Of a stretch of 64,000 nucleotides of DNA, positions 62,506-64,000 are shown one piece after another. Position 1 is the first letter of the stretch; each line of letters begins with the position of its first letter. The stretch is from contig JBLGAC010000008.1 in assembly GCA_047610385.1 (NCBI GenBank), positions 23,455 to 87,454 on the forward strand, written 5' to 3'. The notes beneath the pieces are model-generated. The model was not told where the DNA came from. It worked only from the letters and a program-made list of their open reading frames with translations, and ran no database searches. The DNA comes from Paracoccaceae bacterium. GTDB lineage: Bacteria; Pseudomonadota; Alphaproteobacteria; Rhodobacterales; Rhodobacteraceae. The position numbers and the translations under genes are program-made.

Positions 62506-62530
62506 GCGCCGACCTTGTGGGCGCAACAGA

Positions 62531-62851
62531 TCAAAGCGCGCCTTCGATCCAGGACTTCAGCGCCGTCTTGGGGCGCGCGCCGGTCACGTTGGACACGACC
62601 TGGCCGTCCTTGAACAGCAGCAGCGTGGGGATCCCGCGCACGCCGTATTTTGCGGCGGCGTTCGGGTTGTCGTCCACGTTGACCTTCACGATGGTGACCC
62701 TGCCGGCCATTTCCTCGGACAGCTCTTCAAGGGACGGGCCGATCTGCTTGCACGGGCCGCACCATTCAGCCCAGAAATCCACCACGACGGGGGTGGCCGA
62801 TTTGATCACGTCGTCTTCGAAGCTGCTGTCGGTGGCGGGGGTGGTGGCCAT
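62531..62851 (-). CDS. trxA: Thioredoxin
   Basis: [22 protein letters not shown]; 106 aa; follows addA. Confidence 0.97.
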   Translation of the reverse strand: MATTPATDSSFEDDVIKSATPVVVDFWAEWCGPCKQIGPSLEELSEEMAGRVTIVKVNVDDNPNAAAKYGVRGIPTLLLFKDGQVVSNVTGARPKTALKSWIEGAL

Positions 62852-62955
62852 GGGAGGCTCTCCTTCGCGTGGGGTTGGTCCGCCATTGGTCCCGCGCGCT
62901 GGGGGCGCGCCGGACGCAAGGCGGGTCGGGCGGCAATGCGCCGTTCGGTGCCAAA

Positions 62956-62983
62956 CGTATGAACCGCGCCCGTGCCGGTCAAG
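62956..62983 (-). promoter_or_regulatory. sigma32-like promoter of trxA
   Basis: Minus strand CTTGAC-N14-TTCATACG. Confidence 0.45.
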
Positions 62984-63063
62984 AGCGCCCAAGCGCCCAC
63001 CCACCCCAAGGGCACCGGGGCGGGACTCAATTTCGCGATCGGGCGGTGGGCGCGAACGCTGGT

Positions 63064-64000
63064 TCAGCGCGGCTCTGCCATCAGCTGTGCCCATGCGGCA
63101 TCAAGGGCAGCGTCGGTCTGCAGGTCAATCCGCGGGATGGCGGTCCACATCAGATGCGCCTGCACCTGAACGCCCGGATGCAGCCGTCCCAGCGCCGCGC
63201 GATACGCCGCCAGCTGGCGCAAGTGCGTTTCCGGCGCCGGATCGCCGATGGCGGGCGTGCGGCCGGTTTTGAAATCCAGCAGCAAGATCCGGTTCGGCAG
63301 GATCACCAACCGGTCAATCCGCCCTGTCAGCCGTCCGCCCAAGCCGGGCAGGGTCACGGACAACCCGGCCTCTGCAATGCTGCCCGGGCCCAGAAACGGC
63401 GCCAGATCGGGCAGCGACAGGGCTGCCAGCGCCTCATCCGTGCACCCGGCGCGCAGATCGGGCGGAACCCCAGCGCCGTGGCGGGCAAGCAACGCTTGGG
63501 CGGCGTCGCTGCGCGCGTGACCTGGCAGGTCCGCCAGCGTTTCCACCAGCAGATGCACCAGATCGCCGCGCGCGCGGGCCACGTCGCGGTCATGGGACGG
63601 GCCGGTCAGCGCCGCGCCGCCGTCTTGCCCGCCAAGCGCCGACGCTGCAAAGCGCCGCGGCGCGGGTGCTGGGGGCATCAGGGGCGCCAGATCGGCCGCG
63701 CGCCCCGCGGACCGCGCAGTGCGCGCCGGGGCAGGCATTTGGGTCACATCGCGGGGGGTCCACAGTTGCGCCAAGCGCAGCACCCCGGCGCTGGGTTCGT
63801 CCGCCAGCGCGGGCGTGGCGGCGACCAAGGCGGCCCCCAGCCCTTCAAGCCCGGTGCGGATCATGCCGTACCAGCTGTCGTCTGCCTTGGTTTCATCCCC
63901 GGCCCCGGCGATCAGCAGGCGGTCCTCAGCGCGGGTCAGGGCGACATACAGCAGGCGCGCGCGCTCTTGCTCATCCTTACGCTCAAGCGCTTCGATCGCC
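63064..64000 (-). CDS. addA: Double-strand break repair helicase/nuclease AddA, 3' part; runs off the right edge
   Basis: Helicase motif [14 protein letters not shown] near 63950; RecB-type nuclease GRIDRL...LLDFKTG...QLAAY; addA-trxA synteny. Confidence 0.93.
   Translation of the reverse strand, partial: AIEALERKDEQERARLLYVALTRAEDRLLIAGAGDETKADDSWYGMIRTGLEGLGAALVAATPALADEPSAGVLRLAQLWTPRDVTQMPAPARTARSAGRAADLAPLMPPAPAPRRFAASALGGQDGGAALTGPSHDRDVARARGDLVHLLVETLADLPGHARSDAAQALLARHGAGVPPDLRAGCTDEALAALSLPDLAPFLGPGSIAEAGLSVTLPGLGGRLTGRIDRLVILPNRILLLDFKTGRTPAIGDPAPETHLRQLAAYRAALGRLHPGVQVQAHLMWTAIPRIDLQTDAALDAAWAQLMAEPR

Noticed and set aside
1-64000. CRISPR array, IS/transposase, integrase, prophage, rRNA or exosortase gene
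   Set aside because: None seen. The TGTGATCACA triplet has only 10-bp spacers and the 44-bp duplication has two units, so neither is CRISPR-like.

Overview
High-GC alphaproteobacterial chromosome segment. Gene order and protein content are most like Rhodobacterales (inference). It is mostly conserved housekeeping synteny: rimP-nusA-ylxR-infB-rbfA-truB-rpsO-pnp; mcl2-nnrU-DUF1737-mch-sdhCDAB; glnD-murJ / rhomboid / trpS-usp-nfuA-tsaB-rimI-mucR-miaB; lpoA-like / rsmI-yraN-BON-gshB; comM, mutS, HU, tRNA-Val(GAC), trxA and the 3' end of addA. Several lower-GC or accessory units are inserted into it. (1) Four unlinked solo genes encode secreted proteins with a PEP-CTERM-like (VPLPA-CTERM) sorting tail. 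One has an in-frame TAG inside its signal peptide. (2) An orphan TadE/TadG pair, with an AT-richer C-terminal domain in TadG, shares a CtrA-box-rich divergent promoter with comM. (3) A branched-chain-type ABC transporter sits inside the mcl2-mch cluster. (4) A Zn-ribbon SAM methyltransferase is translationally coupled between sdhA and sdhB. (5) A single-domain response regulator, a small membrane protein and an SLC5-STAC histidine kinase form a module with no visible output regulator. The most striking non-coding signal is three perfect TGTGATCACA palindromes at an exact 20-bp period upstream of sdhC. No CRISPR array, transposase, integrase, rRNA or exosortase gene was seen. All calls come from reading the sequence by eye plus family knowledge; no searches were run.
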